Positions 45,707 through 47,890 of a DNA stretch of 47,890 nt are shown here, piece after piece. Where the stretch lies: positions 2,776 to 50,665 of the forward strand of contig JAGWBN010000005.1 of the NCBI GenBank assembly GCA_021295875.1, written 5' to 3'. Origin of the DNA: Pseudomonadales bacterium. Lineage in GTDB: Bacteria > Pseudomonadota > Gammaproteobacteria > Pseudomonadales > Azotimanducaceae. The position numbers and the translations under genes were made by a program. Position 1 is the first letter of the stretch, and every line of letters starts with the position of its first letter. The notes under the pieces were generated by a model. That model ran no database searches, was not told the DNA's origin, and worked only from the letters and a program-made list of their open reading frames with translations.

Positions 45707-46607
45707 CGCTCAGGAATGCCTTGATGATGGTCAGGAACTCCTCGAGCTGGTCGTGGTGCACCCAGTGCCCGGCATTGTCCACGCCCACCGAACGGGCATC
45801 GCGGAAGTAGTCGAGTCGACCGTCCTCCTCGGGGTCCGAAGCCCATGACTCGGTGCCGTGGACCAACAGCGTCGGACAGGTGATGCGCCGGTACAATCCC
45901 ACGGTCTGCCGCGCCGACAGGCCGAGAGGCGACCAGGCGCGCATGTAGTTGTCGAACTTCCAACTGTAGGTGCCGTCCTCGTTCTGATTGCTGCCGTGGA
46001 TCGTGAGGTGGCGTGCCTGGTCCGCCGTCAGGTGCGGATTGGCCTGCTGCATGCGTTGGAAGGCGTCCTCCAGGGTGGCGTAGCGCTTCGGAATGCGCCC
46101 GGACAGCCTTCGCAGGTTCTCCACCCAACCGACGAGCCGCTCGTGGCCGGGAATCGAATCGTCCGCAGCCGCGGGTGAAGTGCCCATGCCCTCGATGGAG
46201 ACGAGCTTGTGCACCTTGTCGGGGAAGAGACCCGTGAACGCCAGCGCCACCGATCCTCCCATGGAGTGGCCGATGACCACGATGTCGTCGAGGCGGGTCT
46301 GGCGCACCAGTTGGGCGATGTCGTAGACGTAGTCGATCGTGGTGTACGCACCACCCACCAGCCACTGCGAGTCGCCATGGCCGCGGAGGTCCGGGGCGAT
46401 GATGTGGTAGTCCGACTTCAGTTCGTGGGCGACCCAGTCCCAATTGCGGCAGTGGTCGCGGCCACCGTGGACCAGCAGCATGGCGGGGGCGTCCTCGTTG
46501 CCCCAGTCCACGTAGTGCAGGCGGAGCCGCTGGGAGAAGTAGATGTGGGATGTGGGGCCGCCCTTGAGCATGGGAACGGTCGGCAGAGACGGTTGAGCCA
46601 CCGGCAT
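45690..46607 (-). CDS. alpha/beta-fold hydrolase
   Basis: MLLVHGGRDHCRNWDW, APDLRGHGDS, nucleophile elbow GHSMGG, late AGHWVHHDQ. Start is ATG 46607; the upstream 70 codons are rejected. Its 3' end overlaps the next gene by 17 nt. Confidence 0.85.
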   Translation of the reverse strand: MPVAQPSLPTVPMLKGGPTSHIYFSQRLRLHYVDWGNEDAPAMLLVHGGRDHCRNWDWVAHELKSDYHIIAPDLRGHGDSQWLVGGAYTTIDYVYDIAQLVRQTRLDDIVVIGHSMGGSVALAFTGLFPDKVHKLVSIEGMGTSPAAADDSIPGHERLVGWVENLRRLSGRIPKRYATLEDAFQRMQQANPHLTADQARHLTIHGSNQNEDGTYSWKFDNYMRAWSPLGLSARQTVGLYRRITCPTLLVHGTESWASDPEEDGRLDYFRDARSVGVDNAGHWVHHDQLEEFLTIIKAFLSDGADR

Positions 46608-46844
46608 TGCTCCGGGCGAGTGTCGTCCTGGCGGCAGAGTGTACCAGCCGGTCCGGCTCTGGCCGTCCGCGAAGTCGGGTGAGGGCCGATCATGGCGGTT
46701 GAATTCGACGGCCACGGCCACCTGCGTTCTGTTGTATGCTCCCACTTCAGCCGACGCACCTGGCGCCGCGGGCGCATCGCCGTGATGGACTGTCCAGTGT
46801 GGGGGGATCCAAAACAATCGTCGGCATGGTTAGGAGGAGCACTA

Positions 46845-47156
46845 ATGACGCTTTCAACACAGATCTCTCGTTTGGGAGGCGCCGTTCTCGCGGGGCTGTT
46901 CATCATCGGATTGTCCGGCTGCGAGCAGGCCGCCGAGGCCCCAGCCGAAGAGGAGGCAATGCCCGCGACCGAAGTCGAGGCTGCTGGAACGGTACCCGCC
47001 GCCGAGGTCGAGGCCGCCGAGGAAGCACCGGCCGAGGAAGCCGCTGCCGAGGGCGAGGAAGCCCCCGCCGAGGAAGCCGCCGCCGAGGGCGAGGAAGCCC
47101 CCGCCGAGGAAGCCGCCGCCGAGGAAGCCCCCGCCGAGGCTGCCGAGGAAGGCTAA
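46845..47156 (+). CDS. small acidic Ala/Glu-repeat lipoprotein
   Basis: An AGGAGG lies 7 nt before ATG 46845. Signal peptide plus lipobox (LFIIGLSGC), followed by (AEEAAAEGEEAP)-type repeats. Confidence 0.75.
   Translation: MTLSTQISRLGGAVLAGLFIIGLSGCEQAAEAPAEEEAMPATEVEAAGTVPAAEVEAAEEAPAEEAAAEGEEAPAEEAAAEGEEAPAEEAAAEEAPAEAAEEG
47031..47153 (+). repeat. 36-nt in-frame tandem repeat (about 3.4 copies) inside the lipoprotein gene
   Basis: GCCGAGGAAGCCGC(T/C)GCCGAGGGCGAGGAAGCCCCC occurs at 47031, 47067 and 47103. The last copy is internally deleted. Confidence 0.85.
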
Positions 47157-47274
47157 CCCACTCCTAGTCCTGCGCTCGGCTCGATTGACCTCCTGCCGAG
47201 CGTAAGGATGCGGGACACGGGCGAATCGGCACGCCGATCGTCCCGTTCATCGTGACCGACATCTCGGTCAATTC

Positions 47275-47305
47275 GCCCGGGCGTTGATCGTCCCGGGCTT
47301 TTCTT
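47275..47305 (+). terminator. rho-independent terminator candidate
   Basis: GCCCGGG-cgttgatcgt-CCCGGGC followed by TTTTCTT, about 120 nt after the lipoprotein stop. A second small hairpin (GGAGC-aaat-GCTCC plus GTTTGTT) follows. Confidence 0.55.
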
Positions 47306-47439
47306 GCATGGAGCAAATGCTCCGTTTGTTGCTTGGCTGTTAGCGGCGCCTCGCGGCCGGGAGAATTCGCGCAGCGAATTCTCGGCGCGGCCATGTCGCC
47401 AGCAGGACTCATCGCGTGAATCGTCGCTGACGCCATCGC

Positions 47440-47505
47440 GTAACCCGTTCGTCACATTCCGGTAACCCGTTCGTCACATTCCATTAGTAACTTTCCGTTT
47501 GTCGC
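47440..47505 (+). repeat. three direct repeats upstream of the last gene (candidate regulator binding array)
   Basis: GTAACCCGTTCGTCACATTCC occurs twice, identical, at 47440 and 47462 (22-nt period). A degenerate third copy, GTAACtttCCGTTtGTCgC, starts at 47487. Confidence 0.7.
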
Positions 47506-47571
47506 GTCGCGCGGTCGACCGGACCGAGTCTGGCTGTGCCGATGCTTGGCCAACTCAATGGAGGAAAGGTG

Positions 47572-47890
47572 ATGAACCGACTGGTCGCAACACTCGCTAC
47601 GTTGGTGCTCCTCGCCGGGTGCGACGGAGGCGACATTGTGATCGAGCCTTCGACGACGGACGCTTCCGTCGACAACTCGGTGAACAACAGCAACAACACG
47701 ACGACGCCTGTCGCGGCGGGCAACCCGTGCGCTTCGTATGTCAACACCGGTGGCCAGACCATTCAGGGCGAGTTGAGCGGCAGCAACTGCGTCTACGCGC
47801 CCTCGTTCGTTGATGCCGGGAACAACCTCACCGTCGACATGACGATTCCGGATCTCCCTGACGACGGCGCACACATCTTCGAGGGCAGTC
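47572..47890 (+). CDS. lipoprotein, function unknown (partial, runs off the window)
   Basis: GGAGGAAAGG lies just before ATG 47572. Signal peptide plus lipobox (MNRLVATLATLVLLAGC). The frame stays open to the window end, and this ORF is not in the supplied track. Confidence 0.65.
   Translation, partial: MNRLVATLATLVLLAGCDGGDIVIEPSTTDASVDNSVNNSNNTTTPVAAGNPCASYVNTGGQTIQGELSGSNCVYAPSFVDAGNNLTVDMTIPDLPDDGAHIFEGS

Overview
GC-rich chromosomal segment: two 60-nt stretches I hand-counted were both 37/60 G+C. Gene content and order look gammaproteobacterial. I see no integrase, transposase, CRISPR array, rRNA or obvious prophage.

Left to right:
- Small membrane protein, ygfZ and a TonB-dependent receptor.
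- moeB-prmC-prfA block facing lolB / tRNA-Gln / rplY-pth-ychF. This is a Pseudomonas-like arrangement, but hemA, ispE and prs are missing.
- Opposite-strand three-gene cassette of unassignable proteins wedged between ychF and a LIV-type ABC transporter operon. That operon carries an embedded acyl-CoA synthetase.
- tRNA-Met and yccA (BI-1 family), followed by three tandem REP-like double hairpins.
- VOC-fold protein / CbbQ-NorQ AAA+ / CbbO-NorD VWA operon with no RuBisCO, nor or nir genes nearby.
- Esterase, GST and a LexA-boxed radical-SAM (PA0069-type) gene.
- DUF3750-like protein and an RND efflux pair.
- ACAD / tail-anchored wHTH / cmoB / cmoA run.
- Convergent ppk1 and ppx.
- Flavin reductase / SDR / LLM oxidoreductase / enoyl-CoA hydratase cluster.
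- Fpg/Nei-like glycosylase, a CinA-like::NMNAT-like fusion and an alpha/beta hydrolase.
- Two lipoprotein genes, the last running off the window.

Several operons use ATGA/GTGA start-stop overlaps. Many long ORFs in the supplied track are GC-driven antisense or upstream-extension artefacts.

The two best candidates for something undescribed are (i) the VOC-CbbQ-CbbO operon, a possible new client for a QD/QO-type remodeller, and (ii) the orphan ychF-livH cassette, which contains an ImmA/IrrE-like pseudo-peptidase. All family assignments come from motif recognition by eye; no searches were run.
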